IMG/VR virus record: IMGVR_UViG_3300021400_000134
Length of the DNA stretch: 64,000 bases
Strand: one strand, 5' to 3'
Source: a virus
Lineage: Duplodnaviria; Caudoviricetes
Part shown: positions 10,512-18,819 of the stretch, piece by piece
Layout of the letters: the number at the start of each line of letters is the position of its first letter
Numbering within the stretch: position 1 is the first letter of the stretch
Notes under the pieces: generated by a model
The model's database searches: none
The model's input: only the letters and a program-made list of their open reading frames with translations
What the model was told of the DNA's origin: nothing
Program-made: the position numbers and the translations under genes

Positions 10512-10560
10512 AAAAAACTGCCACCCCAAGGAGGAGGAGGGTGGACAGTTCGAGCGTCTT
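10512..10560 (-). ncRNA. terminator-like hairpin with anti-SD loop (U)CCUCCUCCUU, copy 1
   Basis: AACTGTCCACCC TCCTCCTCCTTG GGGTGGCAGTT followed by a U-run. Confidence 0.55.
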
Positions 10561-10783
10561 AAACTACAAATTCGGCATTAGTGAGAATACTGAGGACTGT
10601 TAAGGCGTTAAGGAGTTCGTCTCTCTGTGCGATGCGATAATCAGTTGCCTGCACAGCATTTAATTCCATTTCCCACATTTCATTATACAGAGAATTAACA
10701 ATTTCAATTGCTTTATCTAAAACTTCGCAATCTTCATCAGTAACATCAACGGGATAGCGGACAATCTTTTTAACAATTTCCAT
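10559..10783 (-). CDS. hypothetical protein (cassette)
   Basis: Own promoter and AGAGAGGTG SD. Confidence 0.7.
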   Translation of the reverse strand: MEIVKKIVRYPVDVTDEDCEVLDKAIEIVNSLYNEMWEMELNAVQATDYRIAQRDELLNALTVLSILTNAEFVV

Positions 10784-10846
10784 TTTATTCACCTCTCTTT
10801 ACATTATTAGTATAGCAGATTGGAAAGGGGTTGTCAACCCCTTTAT

Positions 10847-10981
10847 TTATTTTTTTTCTATCGAATTGATTACATCTGCTTTGTCTTTCATGATTTCCCA
10901 GAATTTTTCTTCTGCATCTTTTTTATTTTTTGCTTTAATTTTTATTACGCCCTCGTAAGTTACATAGAATTCTTTTTCCAT
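10847..10981 (-). CDS. 44-aa hypothetical protein (not in ORF track)
   Basis: MEKEFYVTYEGVIKIKAKNKKDAEEKFWE...; own promoter and SD. Confidence 0.65.
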   Translation of the reverse strand: MEKEFYVTYEGVIKIKAKNKKDAEEKFWEIMKDKADVINSIEKK

Positions 10982-11054
10982 TTTGTTTACCTCTCTCTTA
11001 CAGTATTAGTGTATCAGATTAGAGGGGATTTGTCAACCCCCTCATCTGATTTTT

Positions 11055-11294
11055 TTAGAAATCTTCGTTAGCGTAATTCTTGACGATTTTTGCAAACAGT
11101 TTCACTGTGTCAATGTAGGTTTCATGGTCGCTTGCCATGTCCTCGTAGTCTTCAAGTTCTGCGCCGTCGGGAACTCCGCACATGAGCCAAGGTTCCATTG
11201 CATCTTCATCATTCATGTAGCGAATTGCGTAGTCCATAGCCTGCAGGACTTCAACTCTGCGACCGATTACTTCTCTTTTAAACTGTTCTGTCAT
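11055..11294 (-). CDS. acidic hypothetical protein (cassette)
   Basis: Own promoter and SD; W...GVPDGA motif. Confidence 0.7.
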   Translation of the reverse strand: MTEQFKREVIGRRVEVLQAMDYAIRYMNDEDAMEPWLMCGVPDGAELEDYEDMASDHETYIDTVKLFAKIVKNYANEDF

Positions 11295-11328
11295 TTTTCT
11301 TACCTCTCTTTACACTATTATAGTATCA

Positions 11329-11493
11329 CTACTGGCACTCGTTGTCAAGTGCTTTTTTCATTTTTCTTCTAAAATCTTTGCGGGTCTTGCGCTTCCAAAA
11401 GTGCCAAGCCTTGCGATTATTTTCAACCCAACAGGCATACTTTCTATCAAACTTATCCTCAAAGGTCATCTTCTTGTGAATGTTGTTTTTCAT
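11329..11493 (-). CDS. 54-aa basic, Trp-containing peptide (not in ORF track)
   Basis: MKNNIHKKMTFEDKFDRKYACWVENNRKAWHFWKRKTRK...; AAGGAGG SD. Confidence 0.6.
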   Translation of the reverse strand: MKNNIHKKMTFEDKFDRKYACWVENNRKAWHFWKRKTRKDFRRKMKKALDNECQ

Positions 11494-11752
11494 GATAACC
11501 CTCCTTCATTATTATAATACATCTTATTTTTAAAAAAGTCAATAAAAATTTTTGCAAAAATTTTTGCGTCAAAAAAAATTTTTTGGTATAATAAAAATGT
11601 AAGGTGAAGAACCTTACATTCCATTCCATTTTAAACTTTTCTAGAAAGCCGGTGATGAGCCGGCTTTCGCCTTTCCCGGGGCGGCACTTGTGAATGTTTT
11701 ATTTTTCACAAAGTCGTATTCAAAAAAAATAGGGGATTTTATCCCCTATTTT

Positions 11753-12079
11753 TTACAGTGCCTTGAAGATGGTAGACTTGCCGTCCTTCACCTTTTCGAC
11801 AGCGCCTGCTTCAACCAACTGCTTAAGCAGAGCGGAAGCCTTCTGAACGCTGATGCCGACAGCCTTTCCTGCATCAGTAGCAGTCAGACCTTCACCGAGG
11901 GCTTCAAGCAGAGCGCCCTTGATGGTTTCATTTTCCTTCTGAGTCTTTGTCAGACCCTTTCTCGGAGAACCTTTGCGGACAGACTTGAGGGCTCTTTCAA
12001 CGAGGAAGTTGAACTGTTCTTCTGTCAGAGAATCGTAAGCAATAGCGTTAATCTGTTCTGTAATAGTTGTCTTTGTCAT
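11753..12079 (-). CDS. small winged-helix protein, paralog 3
   Basis: GLTATDAGKAVGISVQKASALLKQLVEAGAVEKVKDGKSTIF is a typical wHTH. Confidence 0.8.
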   Translation of the reverse strand: MTKTTITEQINAIAYDSLTEEQFNFLVERALKSVRKGSPRKGLTKTQKENETIKGALLEALGEGLTATDAGKAVGISVQKASALLKQLVEAGAVEKVKDGKSTIFKAL

Positions 12080-12693
12080 GTGTAATCACCTTTTACCTTT
12101 CTTTTTACACTTTTATTTTAGCATCTCTTGGATGCTTTGTCAAGAGTTTTTTTAACTTTTTTTAAGTTTTTTCTCTTGAGGAATCAGCCGAAGGTTTGTG
12201 GATGTGTTGTAAGTTTTTGGCACCCTCGCCCCTTACATTTTAAGTATAGCACCTTCGTTGTAGTTTGTCAAGGGATTTCTTTTAAATTGTTAAGAAATTT
12301 TTTCGGGGGTCTCTCTTGGTCTCTCTCCGTCCCTTGCAAGTATAGTATAGCAGATGGTAGAAGCCTTGTCAAGACTTTTTTTAACTTTTTTTCAAGTTTT
12401 TTAAGTGCTGACTTGGCGGGGCTTCCTTACCCTTGCTACACCCATAGTATAGCAGATGGAGCGGATGCTGTCAAGGGTTTTTGGGAAAATTTTTTAAGAA
12501 ATTTTTTTAAATTTTTCTCTTGACAAAAATTGCGCGGGGTGGTATAATGGAAAATTCCGGCCGTGCGGACAGTGCACGGCCGGCCCAGTTAGTCAAGCCT
12601 AATTTTAAAAATTTTTCGGCACGCCTGGCCCCGTGTGCAGTAGAGACAACGGGTTCAGGTGGGTCATTCCGCAAGCACAAAAAAGGCTTACTG

Positions 12694-13095
12694 TCAAGCC
12701 TTTTTTGCACGATGTTTTGTGAGTTTTACGGTGTAGTCATTTGCGTGATAGGTGAAACTGATTTCCGCTTCGTTTTTAAGAGTCAGATTTTCAATTTCGC
12801 CATTCAGATTGAAGCCTTCAAGGACAACCCGAAGCCAATCAAACACAACCTTTTTGTCTTCGTCGACCTTACGCTCACGATTTACAGAACGCTTTTCAGG
12901 AGGCTTGCGGTCGGCTTTTGTCAGACCTCTTACCATCTTTTTCTGCTCAGCAGTCAGAGCAAACAATTCAGTATTTCCATGGTCGATTTCATCATCACAA
13001 TTGATAAGGTCGATTGCTTCCTCTCTTGAGCATTTCAGAGATTTCATGTGCTTCTGAATGAGTTCTTCAAGTTCTTTTTCTGTACGTCTTGCCAT
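12694..13095 (-). CDS. hypothetical protein, paralog of 9392..9784; TGA stop
   Basis: Paralogy; own promoter; AGAGAGGTG SD. Confidence 0.75.
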   Translation of the reverse strand: MARRTEKELEELIQKHMKSLKCSREEAIDLINCDDEIDHGNTELFALTAEQKKMVRGLTKADRKPPEKRSVNRERKVDEDKKVVFDWLRVVLEGFNLNGEIENLTLKNEAEISFTYHANDYTVKLTKHRAKKA

Positions 13096-13168
13096 TGAGT
13101 ACACCTCTCTTTCTGTAATAATAATAGCATGGGGAAGGGGTTTTGTCAACCCCTTCCGCTATCTTTTT

Positions 13169-13516
13169 TTAAATCTTTGTGAAGTAAGCAGCTCCCTTCA
13201 CAACTTCTCTCGATACGAGAACATTATCACGCATCTTTTTAACGAGAGCGGAAACCTTCTGACCGCTTACATCGGCAAGTGCAGGAATCAGAGCCTGAAT
13301 TTCAGCGATACGATAGGACTTGCCTGTTTCCATCGCTTCATAGATTTCTTCAATCAGTTCAGCATTGGCAACCTGCTTTGCAGACGGCTTGTCAGAGCGT
13401 CTTTCATTCTTTTTTGCGAGCAACTCGAGTTCATGGTCGATGAATGCGATTTCCGCTTCATCAGTCAGATGGGTACGAATCTGTTCGAACATTTCACGCT
13501 TTGTAATCTTTGTCAT
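13169..13516 (-). CDS. small winged-helix protein, paralog 4
   Basis: Close paralog of 9827..10171. Confidence 0.8.
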   Translation of the reverse strand: MTKITKREMFEQIRTHLTDEAEIAFIDHELELLAKKNERRSDKPSAKQVANAELIEEIYEAMETGKSYRIAEIQALIPALADVSGQKVSALVKKMRDNVLVSREVVKGAAYFTKI

Positions 13517-14090
13517 AATTAATCACCTTTTACCTTTCTTACAATTTAAGTATACACCTTTTTGGTTATGTTGTCAAGAGGTTTTTTCAGATTTTTTTAA
13601 GGATTTCTTTTTTCTCATCCCCTCTTTACATTCTAATTATAGCAGACTTGCTATACTTTGTCAAGAGGTTTTTCTACATTTTTTTCTGAGGCTACGTATC
13701 TATCGCTTCTAGTTGCTCAATACGGTTCATCCTCTTGACATTATTAGTATAGCAGATGTTGGAAGATTTGTCAACACCTTTTTTAGAAATTTTTAAGAAA
13801 TTTTTTTCTATTTCTTTTTTATTTCTATAATAATTATAAACCTTTTTTATAAAAAAGTCAACAAAAATCTTTGCTAATTTTTTCACAAACGCCGCCCGGG
13901 ATTTCCGCAAAAATCACACAATTTCACATAATTTTCTTCTTGACTTTTGGTCGTGGGTGTGGTATAATTTTCGGTCGTTAGCGGCAACTAACTATGGCTT
14001 AAAAATTTTTTATTTTTGCACAAAAAGTGTTGACAATCTTTTTCTTTTGGTGTATTATAATCTTGTAAGTTAAAGGAAGGTAAAAACACT

Positions 14091-14804
14091 ATGAATTTCT
14101 ACATGACTATTGACACAGAAACAACCAACTCACTTGATGATGCTCTTGTTTACGATTTGGGGCTTGCCATCCATGATGCGGAAGGTAATGTGTATCATAC
14201 TGAAAGTTTTGTTATCGCTGACATTTTCTTCAATGAAGAACTCATGAAAGTTGCGATTTTTGCAAATAAGATTCCGCAGTATCGTGCAGACATTGAGAAT
14301 GGAATACGCACGCTGACTACATTCAGAAAGGCACGCACTGAAGTGCTGAAACTAATGAAGCGCTACAATGTTAAGGCGGTCATTGCGCACAATGCATTCT
14401 TTGACTTCAAGTCATTAAATACAACGCTCCGCTTTCTGACTAATTCAAAATATCGCTTCTTCTTTCCATGGGGTACTGTAATTTGGGACAGTCTGCGCAT
14501 GGCTAAAACTACTTTTGGAAAGGATGCCAATTACACAAAGTGGTGTGAAGAGCATGAATACCTTACCAACAAGTACCGCAAGCCGAAAATGACTGCCGAG
14601 GTTCTGTATCGCTACATCACCAAGAATGAAACCTTCATTGAAGAGCACGCAGGACTTGCAGATGTGCTGATTGAAAAGGATTTGACAGCCTACTTTCTCA
14701 AGCATGACCATGCAGGAATGAAGAAATGTCTCTTTAATCCGAAGAAGGAAGAAGATGTTAAAACCATGCTTGAATGGTGGACAGAAAGTTTGCTCTGTGA
14801 GTAA
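14091..14804 (+). CDS. DEDDh 3'-5' exonuclease
   Basis: IDTETT (ExoI), AHNAFFD (ExoII), EEHAGLADV (ExoIII); promoter TTGACA at 14030. Confidence 0.85.
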   Translation: MNFYMTIDTETTNSLDDALVYDLGLAIHDAEGNVYHTESFVIADIFFNEELMKVAIFANKIPQYRADIENGIRTLTTFRKARTEVLKLMKRYNVKAVIAHNAFFDFKSLNTTLRFLTNSKYRFFFPWGTVIWDSLRMAKTTFGKDANYTKWCEEHEYLTNKYRKPKMTAEVLYRYITKNETFIEEHAGLADVLIEKDLTAYFLKHDHAGMKKCLFNPKKEEDVKTMLEWWTESLLCE

Positions 14805-14947
14805 ACTTTTTATTTAGTCTGACTAAACTTTCGGGATAAAAAAATTTCTTAAAAAAATTGCAAAAAATGCTTGACAAAATGCCGGGAGTGTGTTCTAATG
14901 AAAAAACTGGTCGTTGCGCCCGGCGACGGCCAGCCCGAAAAGTCAAC

Positions 14948-15000
14948 AAAAAAAGCCAATAGGCAAGGAGGAGGAACCCATTGGCTTGGAGCGGTTTTTA
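14948..15000 (-). ncRNA. terminator-like hairpin with anti-SD loop UCCUCCUCCUU, copy 2
   Basis: AAGCCAATGGGT TCCTCCTCCTT GCCTATTGGCTT followed by a U-run; directly 3' of the tRNA-like gene. Confidence 0.55.
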
Positions 15001-15003
15001 AAT

Positions 15004-15091
15004 TGAGGGCGACGGGACTCGAACCCGCATTATAGCGCGCATATCACATTCGGCACACTGACCGACGGCACTACCATTGTGCTACGCCCTC
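15004..15091 (-). tRNA. tRNA-like gene with long variable arm and aberrant anticodon arm (most like degenerate tRNA-Leu CAG)
   Basis: Acceptor GAGGGCG/CGCCCTC + A73; D-arm GCAC-AATGGTA-GTGC; T-arm GCGGG-TTCGAGT-CCCGT; anticodon arm TCGG-TCAGTGTG-CCGA is non-canonical; no encoded CCA. Confidence 0.75.
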
Positions 15092-15123
15092 ACAAGGGGG
15101 GAGCCTTTCGGCTCCTCCTGCGC

Positions 15124-15456
15124 TTACTCGGCGATTCCGAAGGTTGCCTTTACCTTACCCTTGGCTTCAGTCACCTTGGTGAACTTGCCACTGCGGTTGA
15201 GGATTGCGCTTGCCTTCTGATTGGAGATGCCGAAGGCTTCTTCAACCTGTCCGCAAGTTACAGCGCCATTTTCAGCGATGTAAGCGACAATCTTATCAGC
15301 GAGTTCAGCGTTGGCAACCTGTGCCTTAGTCGGCTTATTGGACTTGTAGCCCTTGCGCTTGTCGAGCAGTTCGAGTTCATGTCCGCAGAAACCTACGATT
15401 TCAGCGTCATTGGAGCAGACTTCCATAATCTTGTTCAGCATTTCTCTCTTTGTCAT
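15124..15456 (-). CDS. small winged-helix protein, paralog 5
   Basis: N-terminus like paralogs 2 and 4, C-terminus like paralog 1. Confidence 0.8.
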   Translation of the reverse strand: MTKREMLNKIMEVCSNDAEIVGFCGHELELLDKRKGYKSNKPTKAQVANAELADKIVAYIAENGAVTCGQVEEAFGISNQKASAILNRSGKFTKVTEAKGKVKATFGIAE

Positions 15457-15554
15457 AATCATCACCTTTTACCTTTCTTATCTCTTTGTGATTTTAGTAT
15501 ACAACATTTCAGCCATGTTGTCAAGCCCTTTTTCAAGGTTTTTTTATTTTTTTA

Positions 15555-15633
15555 CTCCAATTCTTTTCACTCTTGGAAACCAAGCAGATTGACAGTCGCT
15601 ACACAGTAACAGTCGTCTTTCTTTCCTTTGGTA
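15555..15633 (-). ncRNA. candidate small RNA (promoter, no ORF)
   Basis: TTGACA-N16-TATAAT upstream; ACCAA/TTGGT and TCCAA/TTGGA stems. Confidence 0.4.
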
Positions 15634-15687
15634 ATTTTATTATAGCACTTTTCAGAAGATTGTCAAGTACTTTTTTTAAGAAATTTT

Positions 15688-15838
15688 TGAAACTTCCTCT
15701 TCAAGTTTCAGAGCGGGGTTGCGCACCCACCGCACAAGTCAACAGGGTTCATTTGATATTTTAGCAACTCCGAGCCTGCCCTGTAAGGCTTAACGCCACT
15801 GAGTGATGCGGGTTTGAAGGGTTTTCCTTCCCTTTACA
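15688..15838 (-). ncRNA. candidate structured ncRNA (about 150 nt)
   Basis: Own promoter; stems CCGCA/TGCGG, ACAGGG/CCCTGT, GGC-GTTAA-GCC, GGGT-GCGCA-ACCC, TGAAACTT/AAGTTTCA; no SD-led ORF. Confidence 0.55.
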
Positions 15839-15899
15839 CTTACATTATAGCATCTTTTAGCTATCTGTCAAGTGTTTTTTTAACTTTTTTTATTTTTTT

Positions 15900-16061
15900 T
15901 GTAAGGAGCAAACAGCGGTACTCACATGACCATTGATGCAGTAGGGACTACACTCACCACCTCACACCATGCGAGTTAACTAGTATTTACCATGGTTCTG
16001 TTGGTGTCTCTTGCTAGAGCGCTGACATGATACCATTGAGTACCCTTGTTTGCCTCTTACA
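15900..16061 (-). ncRNA. candidate structured ncRNA (162 nt) with long 5'/3' closing stem
   Basis: Promoter TTGACA(16095-16090)-N17-TATACT; TGTAAG..GCAAACA..GGTACTCA pairs with TGAGTACC..TGTTTGC..CTTACA; internal stems CTCT/AGAG, CACCA/TGGTG, ACCATG/CATGGT, GTAG/CTAC. Confidence 0.7.
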
Positions 16062-16115
16062 TCTTTAGTATAGCAGACTTTTGAGAGCCTGTCAATACTT
16101 TTTTTTAAATTTTTT

Positions 16116-16237
16116 CGGTCGCGCGACCTATCTTCTCGGTTCGATTATACTGCTGAACCTGCGGCGATTAACCGTTACTTTGAAGACAGCCTTTGCCAAG
16201 GAGCGGTTTTTTAACGAGGCCTGATGCCTTCCTCACA
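16116..16237 (-). ncRNA. candidate structured ncRNA with three-way junction
   Basis: Own promoter; CTGTCTTC/GAAGATAG encloses CGGT/GCCG and GGTTC/GAACC; contains TTAAAAAACCGCTCC. Confidence 0.55.
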
Positions 16238-16300
16238 CTCTTATTATAGCAGATACCGCTGTAATGTCAAGTGTTTTTTTATTTTTTTTAGCAGTTTTTT

Positions 16301-16349
16301 TAGTAAGTTTTCGGTTAACCCGCTTACCAAGAGTGCTTCATCTCTTACA
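16301..16349 (-). ncRNA. candidate two-hairpin small RNA
   Basis: Own promoter; AAGAG/CTCTT and GGTAAG-CGG/CCG-CTTACT stems. Confidence 0.4.
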
Positions 16350-16443
16350 AGTATAGTATAACAGATTTTAGAATAATGTCAACACTTTTTTTAAAAGTTT
16401 TTAAGTTATTTTTTTCACAAAGTTCGGCGCCCGGGCGGGAAAC

Positions 16444-17115
16444 TCACCGAGCAAAGGCGAGTTTCCGCATTTTCTTGTGCTGTGCCATACATTTCACAGT
16501 AATTGCAATTTCAATCAGCACATCGTCAAGACCCTGATGTTCTTCTGTAAAATCGTTATCTCCTGTAATGTAGCGGTAGAGAATTTCTGCTGTCTTGCGG
16601 ACTTTGCCGTTTTTGCAGAGATAGCCATTTTCTTCACAGAATTTAATGTATGTTTTCTGCTTGCAGATGGTATCTTCTGCCATAACCATTGAGTCATACA
16701 GCGGGATGCCATACGGCAGAAAATAACGGTATTTTGATTTTGTAGTGTAGCGCATTGTAGTAGTTAATGACCGATAGTCAAAGCGGGCATTATGTGCAAT
16801 GATTGCCTTTACATTGTATTTATCACAAAGTGCTTTCACGATTTTTTTAGCGGTGAATACGCTAATCATTTTACGCTCTCCGCTTTTCAGTGCCTGCTCA
16901 TACTTTGGTAACTTGCTTGCATAGTAGGCGGATTTCATCAGTGCTTTTTCTTTAGCGTAAATATCATAGATAACATAACTTGCTTTTTCGTAAACCTTCC
17001 CCCGCTTGTCATGGATTGCAAGACCGAGGTCATACGCAAGCGGGCAATCCAAGCCATTTGCAGTTTCAGTGTCAATTGTCATGTAATAAGTAATACGCTT
17101 GTCAATCTTTGTCAT
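16444..17115 (-). CDS. DEDDh 3'-5' exonuclease, paralog of 14091..14804; TGA stop
   Basis: IDTETA, AHNARFD, EEHQGLDDV. Confidence 0.85.
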   Translation of the reverse strand: MTKIDKRITYYMTIDTETANGLDCPLAYDLGLAIHDKRGKVYEKASYVIYDIYAKEKALMKSAYYASKLPKYEQALKSGERKMISVFTAKKIVKALCDKYNVKAIIAHNARFDYRSLTTTMRYTTKSKYRYFLPYGIPLYDSMVMAEDTICKQKTYIKFCEENGYLCKNGKVRKTAEILYRYITGDNDFTEEHQGLDDVLIEIAITVKCMAQHKKMRKLAFAR

Positions 17116-17325
17116 AGGGTTTCCTCTCTTTACAACTATTATTATACACCTATTGGAGATAATGTCAAGCGTCAGTTTCGGGATTTTTTAATTTTTTTCA
17201 AAAAATTTTTTTATTTTTCCTCTTGACATCGGCGGGCAAACGTGGTATAATTTTGGACCGTTAGCGGTGGCTAACTTTGCGGTTGCCGGTAAAACCGTCC
17301 GGCAGACCGCCGAGCGCAAAAAAAA

Positions 17326-17733
17326 TCAACCCCACAGTTCAGCAGGATTGAGTGCTACACCTTTCCAAGAGTTGCGGATTGGTTCAGAATCATCGACAAG
17401 AACCGCATTCACAGAGTTTTTGAGGTTCTTATTGTGACCGTAGGCTCTGTAAATTCTCTTTGTGAGAGAAGGGAAGAACCTGTCGAGCCAAGCGTTTTTC
17501 TGTTCTTCAACATTCTTGCAGTATTCAGCAGTTGCGCCGAGCGGTGTCATGCTGAGGATGCGGATTTCATACTTGTCAGTGGGGAAGAAATTCAGAAGTT
17601 CTTTTTCTGTAATCATTGGCTTGCATTCAAGGAAGATTGTTTCATCGGAGGCTCTCAGTCTCGGAAGCCAATTTTCAATGCCGTACAGGTCAGCGATTGT
17701 TCCATCCATGTCAAGGTAAACTGTCTTTTTCAT
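17326..17733 (-). CDS. HAD-superfamily phosphatase (5'-nucleotidase-like); TGA stop
   Basis: VYLDMDGTIAD motif I; ILS motif II; LVDD motif IV. Confidence 0.75.
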   Translation of the reverse strand: MKKTVYLDMDGTIADLYGIENWLPRLRASDETIFLECKPMITEKELLNFFPTDKYEIRILSMTPLGATAEYCKNVEEQKNAWLDRFFPSLTKRIYRAYGHNKNLKNSVNAVLVDDSEPIRNSWKGVALNPAELWG

Positions 17734-17820
17734 AATTCTTTATTCCTCTCTTTACACTATTATAATACACTGCTTGTTTCTGTTTGTCAATACCTTTTTG
17801 TAAAAAAAAGAAAAGATTTT

Positions 17821-17970
17821 TTAATCTTTTCTTTTAACTGTTATAATGTTTTCTTTGTTTTCAAAGATGATTTCTTCCAGTTCTTTAATCTTGTATTTAA
17901 GATTGCGGATTTCGTCGAGCGCATCTTCGTAATTCTGTCTGTAAAGTTCCGTGTAATTAATTTCTGCCAT
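17821..17970 (-). CDS. 49-aa coiled-coil peptide (not in ORF track)
   Basis: MAEINYTELYRQNYEDALDEIRNLKYKIKELEE...; GAGGTG SD. Confidence 0.6.
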   Translation of the reverse strand: MAEINYTELYRQNYEDALDEIRNLKYKIKELEEIIFENKENIITVKRKD

Positions 17971-18004
17971 ACTCTTCACCTCTCAATTTTATTTTACCAT
18001 TTTT

Positions 18005-18490
18005 TTAATAACTTGTCAATGATGTTTTTACATGATGCAGGTTTTCGTAATGTCTAACCGCACAGTTCAAGCGGTGGCACCATGCCCGCATGCTTTCCGC
18101 GTTTTCATTGTAAACATTTACCGCAAACTCTGTCGCTACTTTCTCTATTGGTTGATTGTAGTATGCTTGATACCTTGCGGAGCCTGTCAGACCTCTTAGC
18201 AGTTTTTCACTTGCTTGCTCTTCCCACTCATCTTCATTGAAGTAGTCAACCGTGTAGTGATGACCGAGTTCATGCAGTACAGACAAGGCAAACAGATTTT
18301 CTTTTGTCAGCGTAAAGTTGAAGGTATCTTTCAGATACTTTGCCCATTCTCTGTTGGCGTCATTATTTTCAAACAGAGTGATGCAGATTTCTTTTGTATC
18401 AGGTTCATAGCAGAAATAGTCATACATGCGCACAGTGCAATCATAACCGATGAACTTTTCAACTATCTTGGTCAAACTGTTCTTTTTCAT
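18005..18490 (-). CDS. HExxH metallopeptidase-like protein
   Basis: VLHELGHH...PIEKVATEFA. Confidence 0.65.
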   Translation of the reverse strand: MKKNSLTKIVEKFIGYDCTVRMYDYFCYEPDTKEICITLFENNDANREWAKYLKDTFNFTLTKENLFALSVLHELGHHYTVDYFNEDEWEEQASEKLLRGLTGSARYQAYYNQPIEKVATEFAVNVYNENAESMRAWCHRLNCAVRHYENLHHVKTSLTSY

Positions 18491-18675
18491 AGGACACCTC
18501 ACTTTTACATTATTATTATAACATAGATTTTTAAAAAGTCAACACTTACGGGAGAAAAATTGCGGTTAAATTTTTTTAATTTTTTGCTTGACAAATTGCT
18601 GGTTGTGTGTTATAGTGGAAAAACGTCGCGCCTGGGCCGTGGGCGCGACGCCGAAAAGTCAAGAAAAAAACCGCC

Positions 18676-18819
18676 TTAACCCAGCGGCGGCCAGGGGTGC
18701 GGATTGGTGGTGATGAACGTGTCATCCCAACCGAGGCTCTCCATCTCCTCGTAAGCGTCAGCGAATGTGGCGAATGTGCCCCAGTGGAAACCATCTTCAG
18801 TGAACAGGTAGTACTTCAT
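18676..18819 (-). CDS. 47-aa acidic/aromatic peptide (not in ORF track)
   Basis: MKYYLFTEDGFHWGTFATFADAYEEMESLGWDD...; AAGGAG SD; own promoter. Confidence 0.6.
   Translation of the reverse strand: MKYYLFTEDGFHWGTFATFADAYEEMESLGWDDTFITTNPHPWPPLG

Noticed and set aside
14948-15003. HDV-like (theta) ribozyme 3' of the tRNA
   Set aside because: Only a simple hairpin plus U-run; I could not build the nested double pseudoknot.
15004-15091. The tRNA-like gene as the UGA suppressor (UCA occurs in its loop)
   Set aside because: UCA is at the 5' edge of the loop, not at positions 34-36; A73 and a long variable arm are not tRNA-Trp features.
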